Positions 1 to 13,115 of a DNA stretch of 64,000 nucleotides are shown in pieces. The DNA lies in the NCBI GenBank assembly GCA_030704615.1, contig CM060734.1, forward strand, positions 25,482,001-25,546,000, written 5' to 3'. The stretch is from Takakia lepidozioides (Eukaryota; Plantae; Bryophyta). The notes beneath the pieces are model-generated. The model did no database searches, was not told the DNA's origin, and worked only from the letters and a program-made list of their open reading frames with translations. The position numbers and the translations under genes are program-made. The first letter of the stretch is position 1; every line of letters begins with the position of its first letter.

Positions 1-2630
1 CTTTGGACCAAACAAAATAAAAAAGAAATGTTCTCTTCGCTCATTATTGCAAAACTCTCTATGAAGACTGCATGTAATAGAACGCAAATCAAGTTTGAAG
101 TGCAAAACAGGGAAGAAACTGTGGTTTTGGGTCCAATTGAATTTTGTTCACTCCCAAATTTGGCACGCACGTAACATATATTGTCGTTACACATACGGTT
201 CAAAAATAGAATGGAAAAAAAATCATGTGCACGCGAGACGCAGTTCAACAGGTCCCACAGTAATAGCAGATGAACCAGAATTCATCGAATGGGTCAACGG
301 ATGGTTGCCTATCCAAATCATTTTTGTTTCCTTTCAAGCTTTGCCAGTACGTTTGGTACACCCTCTCACAGGTCCCGCATTAATATGAGATGAAACGAAA
401 ATTTATTCAATGGCTCAACGAATGGTTGCCCATCGAAATGGTTTTGGTTCGCTTTGAGACTTGGCCAGTATGTTGAATGTACCATGTAAGAGGTCCCAGA
501 GTAATATGAGATGAAACAAAAATCGTTCAATGGGCCAACAGATGGTTGCCCATCGAAATGATTTTCGTTCGCGTTGAGACTTGGCCAGTATGTTCAATGT
601 ACCATCTGATAGGTCCCAGAGTAATATGAGATCCAATGAAATTCGTTCGATGGGCCAATGAGGCGTTCACCTGTCATCCAATTTTGTTCATTGGGAAAAA
701 GAAATGTTGTCATTGGTGAAAGGCTATTGCACCCATTGAACAGATGAGGTTGAGGCCCATCTTTTGCTCGCATGTGCTTGAACATGTGTGCAACACATGT
801 GAGGAGATACAACAGAAGAAAAAAAATCATTTGCCTCCGCAGGGACGCGCTCACCCCTCAACCAATTCGAGAATTTAATTGAATTTAAATGAATTTGAAG
901 CAAATAATTAGGTTTCCACTGCTTTTGATCGGGGATTTCTGCTACGTATCGATTTTATTTTTGGCTCAATTTTGTTGTGCGGCTTCAAGCCTCCCACCGC
1001 TACATCCCTGCAAAACTTTGGACCAAACAAAATTGAAAACAAAATAAAAAAGAAATGTTCTCTTCGCTCACTATTGCAAAACTCTCTATGAAGACTGCAT
1101 GTAATAGAACGCAAATCAAGTTTGAAGTGCAAAACAGGGAAGAAACTGTGGTTTTGGGTCCAATTGAATTTTGTTCACTCCCAAATTTGGCACGCACGTA
1201 ACATATGTTGTCGTTACACATACGGTTCAAAAATAGAATGGAAAAAAAATCATGTGCACGCGAGACGCAGTTCAACAGGTCCCACAGTAATAGCAGATGA
1301 ACCAGAATTCATTGAATGGGTCAACGGATGGTTGCCTATCCAAATCATTTTTGTTTCCTTTCAAGCTTTGCCAGTATGTTTGGTACACCCTCTCACAGGT
1401 CCCGCATTAATATGAGATGAAACGAAATTTATTCAATGGCTCAACGAATGGTTGCCCATCGAAATGGTTTTGGTTCGCTTTGAGACTTGGCCAGTATGTT
1501 GAATGTACCATGTAAGAGGTCCCAGAGTAATATGAGATGAAACAAAAATCGTTCAATGGGCCAACAGATGGTTGCCCATCGAAATGATTTTTGTCCGCGT
1601 TGAGACTTGGCCAGTATGTTCAATGTACCATCTGATAGGTCCCAGAGTAATATGAGATCCAATGAAATTCGTTCGATGGGCCAATGAGGCGTTCACCTGT
1701 CATCCAATTTTGTTCATTGGGAAAAAGAAATGTTGTCATTGGTGAAAGGCTATTGCACCCATTGAACAGATGAGGTTGAGGCCCATCTTTTGCTCGCATG
1801 TGCTTGAACATGTGTGCAACACATGTGAGGAGATACAACAGAAGAAAAAAATCATTTGCCTCCGCAGGGACGCGCTCACCCCTCAACCAATTCGAGAATT
1901 TAATTGAATTTAAATGAATTTGAAGCAAATAATTAGGTTTCCACTGCTTTTGATTGGGGATTTCTGCTACGTATCAATTTTATTTTTGGCTCAATTTTGT
2001 TGTGCGGCTTCAAGCCTCCCACCGCTACATCCATGCAAAACTTTGGACCAAACAAAATTGAAAACAAAATAAAAAAGAAATGTTCTCTTCGCTCATTATT
2101 GCAAAACTCTCTATGAAGACTGCATGTAATAGAACGCAAATCAAGTTTGAAGTGCAAAACAGGGAAGAAACTGTGGTTTTGGGTCCAATTGAATTTTGTT
2201 CACTCCCAAATTTGGCACGCACGTAACATATGTTGTCGTTACACATACAGTTCAAAAATAGAATGGAAAAAAAATCATGTGCATGCGAGACGCAGTTCAA
2301 CAGGTCCTATAGTAATAGCAAATGAACCAGAATTCATTGAATGGGTCAATCGATGGTTGCCCATCCAAATCATTTTTGTTTGCTTTCAAACTTTGCCAGT
2401 ACGTTTGGTACACCTTCTCACAAGTCCCGCACTAATATGAGATGAAACGAAATTCATTCGGTAGCTCAACAAATGGTTGCCCATCGAAATGATTTAGGTT
2501 CGCTTTGAGACTTGGCCAGTATGTTGAATATACCATATAAAAGGTTCCGGAGTAATATGAGATAAAATGGAAAACCGTTCAATGGGCCAACGGATGGTTG
2601 CCCATCCAAATGATTTTCGTTCGTCCTGAG
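1..2630. repeat. Higher-order tandem repeat: ~2.6 units of ~1015-1025 bp, each containing ~4 diverged 120-bp subunits
   Basis: CTTTGGACCAAACAAAA recurs at 1, 1016 and 2041, and near-identical spurious ORFs recur in each unit. The subunit GGTCCC..TAATATGAGATG..GGTTGCCCATC recurs at ~251, 371, 492 and 612. Confidence 0.95.
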
Positions 2631-3685
2631 GCATATGGTTGTCCGTCTTCTTTCTCATAGTAGTCACTCTTAAGGACGGGAGGTCTCCTGTGCCTCAATA
2701 TATTGCGAATGTTTGTTCGTGCCTGCATTCTATTTATGGAAATGAGTTTTTGTTTTTCATATCCCGAGGCATACGGCTGTTCACCTTCTTTATCATATAC
2801 TCTTCAGGACGGGGGATTGCTAGATCATGAGCGTCCAGGCGTGAGCATGTGAGCCTAGCTAAATAATTACCCTTTATTTTTTTCAACCGACCTCACATTT
2901 ATCATCCAGAGGATCTCCCAAAGCCCGAAATGTCTCCCAAGTTGCGAAAGACGCGATCTTTGTGACAAGATGCAGCACGACGTGAGCATGTGAGCCCAGC
3001 CAAATAATTGTCCTTTACCTTTATTCATCCGACCTTACCTTTATTATCCAAAGGATCTCCCAAAGCCGGAAATGCCTCCCAAGTTGCGGAAGACTCGGTC
3101 TTTGTAGCAAAACACAGCACGCCGTGGGACGACGTAGCACGACTTGGTCTTTGTGGCACGACGCAGCAGTACAAATGGATGCCTTGAAGTTCTTCTTTAG
3201 GGCAATGTTGCAAGGCGCTCGTCGTCCTTGCATCACTTCTTTGAAGCAAACGTTGTTGCATAGGGGTGAGTTGAACCACCAGGAGCTGTACTGCAACTTT
3301 TGCTTGCGTTGTAGTATACAACAAGATGGTTCATCTCAGCGTTTGGTTGTTTTGTATGAAAAGTCCATGGAGGTTGCTGCGAACACATAGGAATGACACA
3401 TTTTTCTGTGTGTCCGCAGCAACCATCTCGATCTTTAATACCATTAAAGATTATGGTGGCATGCTGGCACCATGCTAGACCATGCTGGCACACATCTTTC
3501 AATGATCTTGACACACAGGAATCATGATTCATCGAAAGGAAATGAGTGCATTTAGAAAGCACTGTTTGACCACACTACGCTGCTAATGGCGGCACCAGCA
3601 TGCTCCGGAATGTGAAGGGGAAGTGCAATGATTGGTTCGTCAAACTCGGCCCGAGGGCAGCTACGTCATGAGCCCAGAGGCGTGA

Positions 3686-3801
3686 GCCTGTGAAGGAAAC
3701 GAGGTTATGACCATGTTACCAAAGTATACATATGGTGGGTATGCCTGTGAAGGAAACGAGGTTTTGACCATGTCACCAAAGTATACATATGGTGGGTATG
3801 C
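3686..3801. repeat. 57-bp tandem duplication
   Basis: GCCTGTGAAGGAAACGAGGTT..ACCAAAGTATACATATGGTGGGTAT starts at 3686 and at 3743. Confidence 0.9.
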
Positions 3802-3850
3802 ATGAAGTATTAACGGAGGTGACAAAGATGATGGTGGCCACCTGCACAGT

Positions 3851-4060
3851 GTCACTACATACGCTGGCATTGATTGTAGAGGTGTCACTGTCATTATAGA
3901 ATCCAAGCAAAGTCATGGTGGTGCACCGGGAATCTGTAAAGCTTTGTTGATGTTCGCCACCAGGCAATTTTCGAGATTCTTTCCGCACCACCAACGTTTT
4001 GCTTGGATTCTTTGATCGCAGTGACACCTCTACAATCAATGCCAACGTATGTTGTGAGAC
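3851..4060. repeat. Long imperfect inverted repeat (fold-back, ~85-bp arms, ~38-nt loop)
   Basis: 3851-3935 is the imperfect reverse complement of ~3974-4060, e.g. GGCATTGATTGTAGAGGTGTCACTG vs CAGTGACACCTCTACAATCAATGCC. Confidence 0.85.
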
Positions 4061-5354
4061 CTCCGCAACCAGTACTACCAATGAATCGTAGGGTATTGAG
4101 TGACACCTCGACATCCAATGGTACCAAGCAGTGCTGGCACTCCAATGTAGCCCATTGTATATTTGACGTGGACGAAGAGAAACTTCACGAACTTCGTGGC
4201 ATTTCATCTCTTCTTCACCAAGTCTTGAGCTATTGTAGTGGAAGACGTCAAACCATGGAGATCCTTTTGTGCGGTATGATTCTCAAATTCATTTGTAGTT
4301 GACAGTATGCAGCCGATCTACCCCAATATGTTTCCCTTTCGATACTTCCTTGGTTTCCACATCCCTGTTTAGGTTGTTTGCACCTGAATGATATACATTT
4401 TCACATGTTTGCACCAGTGTTGTGCGGGTATATTGTTTTAAACATAGCCTCCGGGTCTAGGTAAGAATTAATTTATTTTGTCTTACCATCTGGGTCCGGA
4501 TATACCATATTTTTCATAATTATATTTACCCTCCGGGTAAGGATATATGACTGCTAGTGGAATCTGAAGGGATAAATAAATGGTAAAAATCCTCATTTAT
4601 ACCCTATGGGTATAAATAATTACCGAGTATAATTAGGTATATTTATTTATATTGTTTATCCAGTTATATATTCAAGATACCTATATCAGTGATATACTCA
4701 AGAATGCTTGCAATATTGATAAAATAATCCCTACATACCTACATAACACAGTTTTACGAGCTCCAAAAACTAAAATTTGTGTAGAGGACATGGGTGGAGC
4801 TAGCACAAGTTACTTTGGAAGTGCCACAAGAGACTTGGGGTTGGCGGAGCTTGAATACAGGGTGGGTGTACATAGAGTAGTGGGGCCCATCAAAACTCAA
4901 GTGATTGAGTGGATTGCCGTATGTTGCTCTCAGATTCGACAGCACAGTGCCGAAATAATTGGTTTCTGGAGGCTTAGTCCATTCGGCACCTCATATTTTA
5001 TACTCCAGGGTTCTAGTAGTTTAGGATTGAAATTTTTCGCCACCTACGATACAAGCTTGCCATATGAGGTCCACATCTGTAGAGGCTGCACTCGCCCTCT
5101 GCAATGATCAAGCAGTTCACGAGCACGAAATTGGCAAAAATAACAACTATGCGAAACTAACACATAAAGAACAAGTAGCCCCTATACCTGATGAAGGTGT
5201 TAACCTATAGGCGTGGCCTTTTCTCCATAACAGGTGCAAGAGTGGGTGGTGAGGCTTCACCTCAAATTTAAGGTCCTTGCCCATGGATAATTTCGCATGG
5301 CCAAACTTTGTACCAACCAGCCTGAGAAAAAATCGTGCATTGTTCAAACCCTAA

Positions 5355-5482
5355 ACATGACGGTGTGAAGCTTGGGGAGATGGAGCGCGATTGCATGCTT
5401 GGGCATGGAGCTGCATCCACCATGCAAGAACGACACTTTCTTGTTAGTGATCCGTACAAATGTTCAATTTGTTTAATTTGTA
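5355..5482 (+). pseudogene. Fragment of RNA polymerase second-largest subunit (RPB2/NRPD2-like, C-terminal region)
   Basis: GVKLGEMERDCMLGHGAASTMQERHFLVSDPYKCSICLIC matches the conserved GGxxFGEMERDCxIAHGAxxxLxERLFxxSD..C..C motif. The fragment is isolated. Confidence 0.8.
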
Positions 5483-5854
5483 TGCCCAACCACATCACAT
5501 CTCCTTTTCATATTGTTGCCAAAGGATTTCTGGAGACTGGTGCTGATTCTAAAAGTTCTCATATCCACTTAAATCAGGACATATGTAAATAGAATACTTC
5601 ATCCATATTTATAGATGAAACATGAAAATGATGTAGTTCATCCGATCAAGTTGGTGCGTGTTTGACAGGTCAAAGATATATTGTTCAGTAGTGGTGCAAC
5701 TTTAGAGTTTCGTGTAGCACGAGACTTTCTAATAGAGGTGCCACCTGGATTAGTGTGTACAATTGGGGATCACTTTACAACCAATTACAATAAGGCAGGG
5801 CTTGCTTGAATTCCATGCGTTTGTTTTCTTTGTGTCGCTTTGTCAGATTGGACT

Positions 5855-5940
5855 CACGTATGTTAAGGGCGGGAGAATTATGGATGCTCGACGTGTGTTC
5901 AACATAATGTTTCGATGATGTTTGATTACATGGAATATAA
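5855..5940 (+). pseudogene. Short PLS-class PPR motif relic
   Basis: YVKGGRIMDARRVFNIM..ITWN resembles MYAKCGxIEDARRVFDxM..VSWN. Confidence 0.4.
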
Positions 5941-5943
5941 TTA

Positions 5944-6045
5944 TGGCTATTCCCAGGGGGAAGTGGCTATTCCCCTCCTAACTCTACAAGGAAAAAGGAG
6001 GGGGAAATGGCTATTTGAGGGCTATTCCCAGGGGAAATGGCTACT
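5944..6045 (+). repeat. GGCTATTCCC-motif array (copy 1), probable DNA-transposon subterminal region
   Basis: Repeated TGGCTATTCCC/GGGGAAATGGCTA motifs, homologous to 21534-21635 and inverted relative to 27360-27571 and 43160-43310. Confidence 0.6.
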
Positions 6046-6762
6046 ACCAACTAGCAACACAAGTAATAAGAACTAAGTTCACTACTTCTTATGAGGTTAT
6101 TATATGTAAGTTGGTTCTTTTGGCGACAGTCTTCTGTCTCCAAGCTAAGAAACGAATTGTGCTGCACAATGTGTGATATTGGAGATGGATCTTATATGGA
6201 TTGGTGAGCAGGGTGCTCTAAAGGCTGGTAAGCTTGCACAATGAAAAACATGCATGGGGCACATTTGGATATGTTTGTTCATATATGTATTTTGTTGGCC
6301 CCTTGATGAAAAGGTTCTACTATACTCATTTGAACTAACATCTACATTCAACAGATTGAACAACGTGATTGTAATTTAAATTGATGTTCTCAAGTGCATA
6401 ACATTGGTGTCGAATTTGATATACTAATTGCAAGATCTAGATTTGACCTTCGAACATGTATCACACCATGGCAACTCCTCGATCTCAGCATTGCCCCAAC
6501 TGGATTATCTCCCTCTCAGCACAAGGTCCTTTGACGGGAACAACCAATTCATACTGTACGAGATAACAAAACAACAATGTAGTGAGTAGACTACGCATGC
6601 ATACTTAGATAGAATGTATGATCATTGCATGGTCATATGCAACACACAAGGTCTAGCATTTCCAATAAATACTAGCACAACTAGCACGACTAACGCAATT
6701 CACATGCTTCAATACTTGAATCCATGCAGCAGACATGCATGTTCGAGTAACATTGTACCTGC

Positions 6763-7812
6763 TTAAGTCGACGAGTACCTGTTGGCTGGATAATCAAAAT
6801 TATTATGCCAATTTAGGAGTGAGAAACTTTTGACAAAACGATGACCCTTTGTAGCATAAATAGCTTCACCCAAAAACTTCCACATGCGATTCCCCTTCAA
6901 CCAGAATGACACTAAAGTCCAACTCTTCACAACCCTTTCCCGTACTGCTAACGAATGGGGCGGGCAAATAAAACCTTTCCGCTTGGTGTCTGCAAGACCC
7001 ACCCGCTCCTGCATGAAGTTAGCTCCAGGGTACACTAATATGTCTCTGCCACAAAAAGGAAACTTGTCGTGACTCACCCCACACATGCGTTGATCCCAGC
7101 TGAAATCCTTAAGATGCATGAGACCATGCACCTTGCATGATGCAGGTCTTACTTTAGAGAACAATGCAACTGTGTCTCCTTTTACGAATTCCCATAACCT
7201 AAAAGAGCTGGGCTCTATAGGTGGAAGGAAACTCTCAAGTATTGTTGTGGGATGTCTTGAAACTACATATTCAGGTATCCCCAATTCTGGCCAGCTCAAA
7301 AACTCTCCTTTCATAAGCTTGGCTTGAATAATTTCCAACGGAAGTTACGGTAGGGTCCGATCATCAAACAACCGTCGTAAGACCTTTGGAGAGGATGTGT
7401 TTGCAAGGCTAGAAAATGTTTCATCCATCGTCATTGCTTCTCCCTCAGAGCAATCCAATTTCTTTGTTGCTTCAGCTGTATTGTCTTCTTCACACATCAA
7501 TTCCCACATCAACTGGCCCCCCAAGCTTCCCTCTGTATCACGCGCAACCATCTCCTTCCCCAATTCCTGCTCATTTTCACTCATCTTTTTTTGCCGCAGC
7601 CTCTTCACTTCTAGCTCTCGTTGCAACTCTCTCTCCCTCTCAGCAGGTGCCTCCCGCTCGCTTTCCGGTTCTGCCTCCATCTTCAAGACGTCGTCGATTT
7701 CTCAACGTATCGAGCTACTTCCTCTCTCAGATTGTGCTCCTCAGCTTCCAATTCCCTCTCAAATCGAGCTTATTTTTTCTCTTCTACCTTCACCACAAGG
7801 TAATTGAGCCAT
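6763..7812 (-). pseudogene. Degraded ORF of unknown function (acidic/coiled-coil N-terminus plus globular domain), probably TE-borne
   Basis: Adjacent ORFs 7345-7686 and 6763-7338 follow an ATG at 7812 with interruptions. They lie next to the palindromic repeat cluster at 8160-8340. Confidence 0.4.
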
Positions 7813-8159
7813 AGGTGTGCACCAAGCACAACCACAACATAAGGAAAATCATTATACAGGTCATGAGTTCTCCACCGTACAAATAGATATCACGCTTACA
7901 TATATAGATATATACCAGGCATAAATATTAGGCATACATAGATATCTAGATACATATCACGTATATATGTCATGGATATCTTCATAGATATCACGATATC
8001 TCCAAAGATATCATGTGATATCTTCATAGATATCTAGATAGATTTCAGGCAAACATATCATTCATAGATATCTAAGTAGATATCACGCATCTGTAAGTAT
8101 AGATCAATGAGATTTCTGCATAATAATCATTACTATGTATTCATCATGACAAGAACACA

Positions 8160-8340
8160 CTCTAAGAGTCCTTGTGGGACTCTTTTAACGGTAAGGTATC
8201 GCACATAAACAGTCCCCCAAGGACTCTTCGAACTGTTACGTGTTCAAAGAGTCTTTGGGGAACTGTTTATGTGCGATGTCGCGCAAAAAGATTCCTTTTT
8301 CTCTCCATGGATGTAAGAGTTCCCCATGACTCTCTTCTTT
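8160..8340. repeat. Cluster of AAGAGTCC(TTGGG/CCCAA)GGACTCTT palindromic motifs
   Basis: 8163-8231 is approximately the reverse complement of 21696-21765, and the motif core occurs in alternating orientation. Confidence 0.75.
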
Positions 8341-9449
8341 TTCTGGGGCACAAGAGAATAGATTGAAATGGAATTGCTTTGGTGCATTTCCTATTCCTTA
8401 CATCTATCTGAAGCATTGCACATTATTCTACTTCTGGCAATATGCCTCGAGTGGTATTGCCCTTACAAGATCTTAATAGTTGGATTCATATCTTTATCTT
8501 CACGTGCTTGGCATTTTGTGGATTTTTAGTTGTGATTGAACCAAAAGTAACATGCACATATGCAAGAAGGTATGGATGGAGTCATCTTATCCAATCTAAT
8601 GATTCGAGGTATCCTCTTGATGAGTCAGATAACACTGGTTTACTCTAAGAAATTTGCAAACATTCAGAGAGGAGGAAATCAGCTCCCTTCAGCTGATTGA
8701 ACTTGGTTAAGTGTGCTGCATTTAACACCTCATGTTGGCCTAGCTCATGTCCAGACTATGCATCACTTGGGCGGGCCTAGGGAAATTGCAACTGCAAGTC
8801 CAGACAGGCACCTAGAAATGGCGTACAGGGAAAAGGAAGTTATTTCTGCATGGTGGATGAGTATCACCCATTTGCATCACCAACAACAGGCCCAGACTTT
8901 GGGTTTCTTTGAAACAATAATGAGGTACATCCAAGAAAGGGTCATACGCTTACCTTGACTAGATTATATTGACCAAGGATCTTTTCCTCCCAAGCACACA
9001 GAGCAGCTATGGCTTCTTCAAGACTAGCTGTATTACCACCTGGGCCTTTCCATGTGCTACCCCCATTTGCCCTGCATTAAAGAGTCCGAGCCTGTTGTAA
9101 GGTCGTAAATTCTGGTGATTTTTTGCAGCTATCTTTGATTGCATGTAGACTGCTCAGGTTGACGGTGAGATGAAAAGAAACATCCTCTACCCGAAAACAA
9201 AGGAAATAGGGAAAGTTTCTAGTTTGTGTAGAAAATGAGAAGTCAAAATGGGATCTTCTAAAAAGAGAAATATGAGAAAGTTTACCCGAAATATGACCAA
9301 ACAAGTTGGTATTTGTTAGAGAGTTGGGGTCGGTGAGAATGTCTTGATGATTTGCTTATGTCAAAGATGTAAGACGAACTGCACCACAAATGCAGCTGTC
9401 ACCAAGGTCTGTGCTCTTGAAAGTAAATTTGGTGGTCTCTGTCTTGCAG

Positions 9450-10690
9450 GGACTGAAGCCTTGTTTGCTGATTTAGGCAACTTCTCCGTTCAATCCATTC
9501 AGGTAATTGCCCTCAGTTACATCTCTGCTTGACACAAGTTGTGGAATGCCAATAGGAGGCTGGTCTTGCAATCAATTTGTATTCATGTTTCATATGTAAA
9601 CGGGGGTGGAACGGACTGACCCTATAACAAGCTGCAATTGGCAATTGACTCTCTTGCTTAGGCAAAACATAAGAGGAAGGTAAGATTAGGGAGCATGACT
9701 CGGCACAACAGACATGCCTAAAATCCAAGCTTCAGATTCAAGGCTGGTGGATTAAAACCCTAATGACAGCTTCCAATGGCCTAAGAGCCTGCAGGGAGTA
9801 TCCCCTCAAGCATGCACAATAGAAACACCCCAGAGGAAATCAGAGGCTTGACACGGTGTAAGGTCCTTTGACCACATTTTCTCCATTGACTTGAACATGA
9901 TGCATAGTCTATCTCTACAAGAGAGCCAACAAAAAGTGGGGGCATTTATGTGGGTGCAGATTGCATTTTCTGACTTAGTGTTCCCCTGCCACAAGGTAGC
10001 TTATCTTATCAGGCGGCATACCTTTTGAAACATCCTGATCAAGTGGGAAACACGTTTTACAGTTCACTTCCAGGCAAGCTATGCCCATTTACTGTCCCTT
10101 ACTACCTTCCTTTGTACTCGCTCGTGCATAATCCAGACTGAAGCCATGATTGGTTGGTTCAGGTATTCTACACTGCTTTTAGAGTGGCTGGTGGGGTCTA
10201 AACGTGTGATCATTACATGATTGATATTTTACTTCCGTTTCTCAATTCATTTCAACAATGCACACAGGTTGCACTTTCTACTTCGTTATCACATTCGAGC
10301 TATGTCTCTTTCTTGTGATATTTAAGCTTCCGACAGATGGCCGAATGGGTAGGGCACTGTGGGCACATAGTAGGTGGTTCTGGGTTCTGCATCTTTTCTC
10401 TTGGTGTGGTAACTGTGATGTTGTGTGGTTTACAGACAAGCTGTATTGGCCCGTGTTTGTGCTGGCAACAGTAGCAGCTTTGATTGCAAGTCAGGCCATC
10501 ATATCAGCCACATTCTCTATTGTCAAGCAGTCATCAGCCCTTGGTTGCTTTCCCCCAATGAAGATTGTGCACACATCACATCGGATCCAGGGGCAGACCT
10601 ACATTCCTGAAATCAACTGGATCCTTATGATATTATGTCTTCTCATCAACGTGGGTTCCAAAGACACCAAACAAATTGGGAATGCATATG
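9450..10690 (+). pseudogene. HAK/KUP/KT potassium transporter, three internal exons (partial, frameshifted)
   Basis: Exon 9450-9502 GTEALFADLGNFSVQSIQ. Exon 9960-10073 IAFSDLVFPC..(frameshift)QAAYLLKHPDQVGNTFYSSLP. Exon 10436-10690 [45 protein letters not shown]. No 5' or 3' exons found. Confidence 0.88.
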
Positions 10691-11099
10691 GTTTGTACTC
10701 TGGCTGTGTACCGTAAACTTGCAAGGGTGCAGGCATGTTGCTTAGAAGAGTAGGACTGGTAGCTGAGTTTCTTCATTGATATAAAGTTCTAGAACTGTGG
10801 GATTGAGTTGTAGACTTGCGATCACCTTTTAAACCTTCTTGGAAAACTCACTTCAAGTGTGTCACCTAACATCAAGCTTAAACCTTCTGACTGATTTTCA
10901 TTTACAAGGTCATCAATCAGAATGTGTTTTTGTTCCGAAAACGATGACATCATTTGCATGTTGAGTTTCTACTAGCATATTATTGACATAGTCAGGGTTG
11001 CTACTTGTAACACTGTAACGAGGGTGTGAGCTTTGAGGTGGCATCCAAGAGCCCCTCAAGCACTTTAACTACAATTCTCATGGCAGGCCTCAGGGATGG

Positions 11100-11560
11100 A
11101 TCCTCTTGGATGCACCAGCGAACAATATCACATATCTCCAGGTGGTGGGTGCTGGTCGGCGACAAGAGAAACACGTGTCTTACTATCCTGACAACAACTG
11201 TTCCCCTGGACAGCTTGAAATACTTGTGCTGCTCCTCCTTCTAGCTGACCATCTATCCATGCAGGTTTATTGTAGCTTTCAATCCAGAGTGCCTCCTCAG
11301 TACGCTTATGCCTGAAATCTGGTCCTCTTGTATTGTTCCACACCCAAACACTCATTTTACGTACTGTCCTCACATCCCAAGAGCCAGAAGACTTCTTGTA
11401 ACCTCTCTCTCTTCGTCTGGAGGTATCTGATTCAAACAATTGTGCTGCTCCTACTTTCAGTTGACCATCGACCCATGTAGGTTTCTTGTAGCCTTCAATC
11501 GACAGTGCCTCTTCCGTGCCCTTCTGCCTTAAATCTAGTCCTCGGGATTGATCTGCACCA
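11100..11560 (-). pseudogene. Chimeric relic: two OSB-type PDF motifs followed by a short NRPD1/NRPE1-like segment
   Basis: RGPDFRHKRTEEALWIESYNKPAWIDGQL and a second degenerate motif. The reverse complement of 11100-11212 closely matches 40065-40170. Confidence 0.7.
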
Positions 11561-11877
11561 CACTCCAGCCCCCCCTCACTCAGCTCTCCCTCCATCCACA
11601 GAATTGTCAGGATAGATTCCCCCCCCGCCCCACGTACTTGACAAGCCTGGTATCTCAGAGGCTCCATCACAGGGTACAAGACCATCCAATCATTTTTTAG
11701 TGCCAAGACTCCGCACATGAAAAGAACCTCTGAAAACAATGAGTAAGAAACCTGAACATAGAACCATGAAGTGAACTGGACCTGCTCCACTAGTCCTCTC
11801 ACTTGCAAGTGATGTCATGGCACGTGCAAATGTGGTTGCACTGCCAGTCACAGTGTTGCTAGGGACATGAGAAGAAA

Positions 11878-13115
11878 TTAGCAGAAGACCTTACCAGGTG
11901 CTCTATAATCAATGAAAGCATCTGGGGTGCTTGTGCCTCCCTTTACTCCAGCATGAATTTGAATTCCGGTGAGCACCGCATAATCAGCATTAGCAGGGTC
12001 AACAGTCTTAGAGATCGAATCTTCGAGATCACTGGTGATAACCTGCATAACCCAATTCAAATTATCAACTTCACTTGCATGTGACAATTTTCTCGAGGTG
12101 TGGCTCGAGAAAGGAATTTTCATCAACTTAGCACCAAAGGCAGATCAGGTTGTGTGTCCATACCTCAGCTGTCATCGTTGTCAGTTCAAAATTGGTTGGG
12201 CTGGCACCAGGACTCTGCAGTCACCAGCGCAAGTAAGGTACTCCAGTCAACGAACCACTCGAGTGACAGCAGACAAGATGGTTGCGGATGAAGCAGCCAA
12301 CTCAGTCACAATCATTTACTACTGCCATTTCCATTTCAGATTGTGAATTGGATTACAAATCAGAAAATTGCATGGACTTTCATTAAACCTGCAAATTAAC
12401 CTTCATCGACATTTAAATATGGCCGAAGGACGATAAAAGAATGAGACAATCTAATCAAGAGGGTCACAGCGATCACCATGCAGAACCTTGTACCTTTGAG
12501 AAAATCTTTCTTTTCAAGGTATCATACTCGATATTATCATCCCGAATGGAGCCATCCCGTGTGACTCCAAAGTGAAATTGCCTGAATGGCTCCACATGCT
12601 TTTGAGACGTCCTTTTGCCCTTCTCTGGGCACACAACACCTCTGCACCTGAACGTCGGGAACAGACATTCTTTTGAGCCAGTAAAAACTGCAATTTTGAT
12701 TTATGTGAAGGGACCACTACCGGGTTAATTGAAGTAACAAGAACAACACAAACTGACACAAATGCACATATCCTTCTCATCCACAGTGGTGTCCGTTCAT
12801 GCGAAAAATACATCTGCAAACAGCACATTACAGTGAGGTCAGAGCCCCTTACATTGGCAGTGGGAAGGGCTTGATGCAAGGATTTTGCTTTCAAGTGGGA
12901 CAGATTATATACAATTGCGATTACTTGGCATCCCAATCACTGTACTAGCAATGTATAATATACAATTAGTACCAGCTGTACCTTGTGAAACCCAGCTCCT
13001 TGAGCGCGTCATATGCGGCGCTGAAGAAATTGCTGTCAACAAAGGCTAACGAGAAATACTTTGAGATCGTCTTCAAGGCCTCGGGAGAAGCCTGACAAGG
13101 ATCCACTTGGGCCAT
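11878..13115 (-). pseudogene. LCIB: LCIB/LCIC-family (limiting-CO2-inducible, carbonic anhydrase-like) gene, spliced but decayed
   Basis: Exons read MAQVDP..SKYFSLAFVDSNFFSAAYDALKELGFT (13115-12982), VFFA*, REGQKDVSKACGAI..DNIEYDTLKRKIF, FELTTMTAE, and VITSDLEDSISKTVDPANADYAVLTGIQIH. These match LCIB blocks (SCACGAL, EYSILKQRL, DLEYLISKAVDPKKADYAVxTGVQIH). A stop and frameshift are present and the CRDE-containing exon was not found. Confidence 0.8.

Noticed and set aside
95-2440. Repeated 70-100 aa ORFs
   Set aside because: By-products of the tandem repeat with no recognisable protein features.
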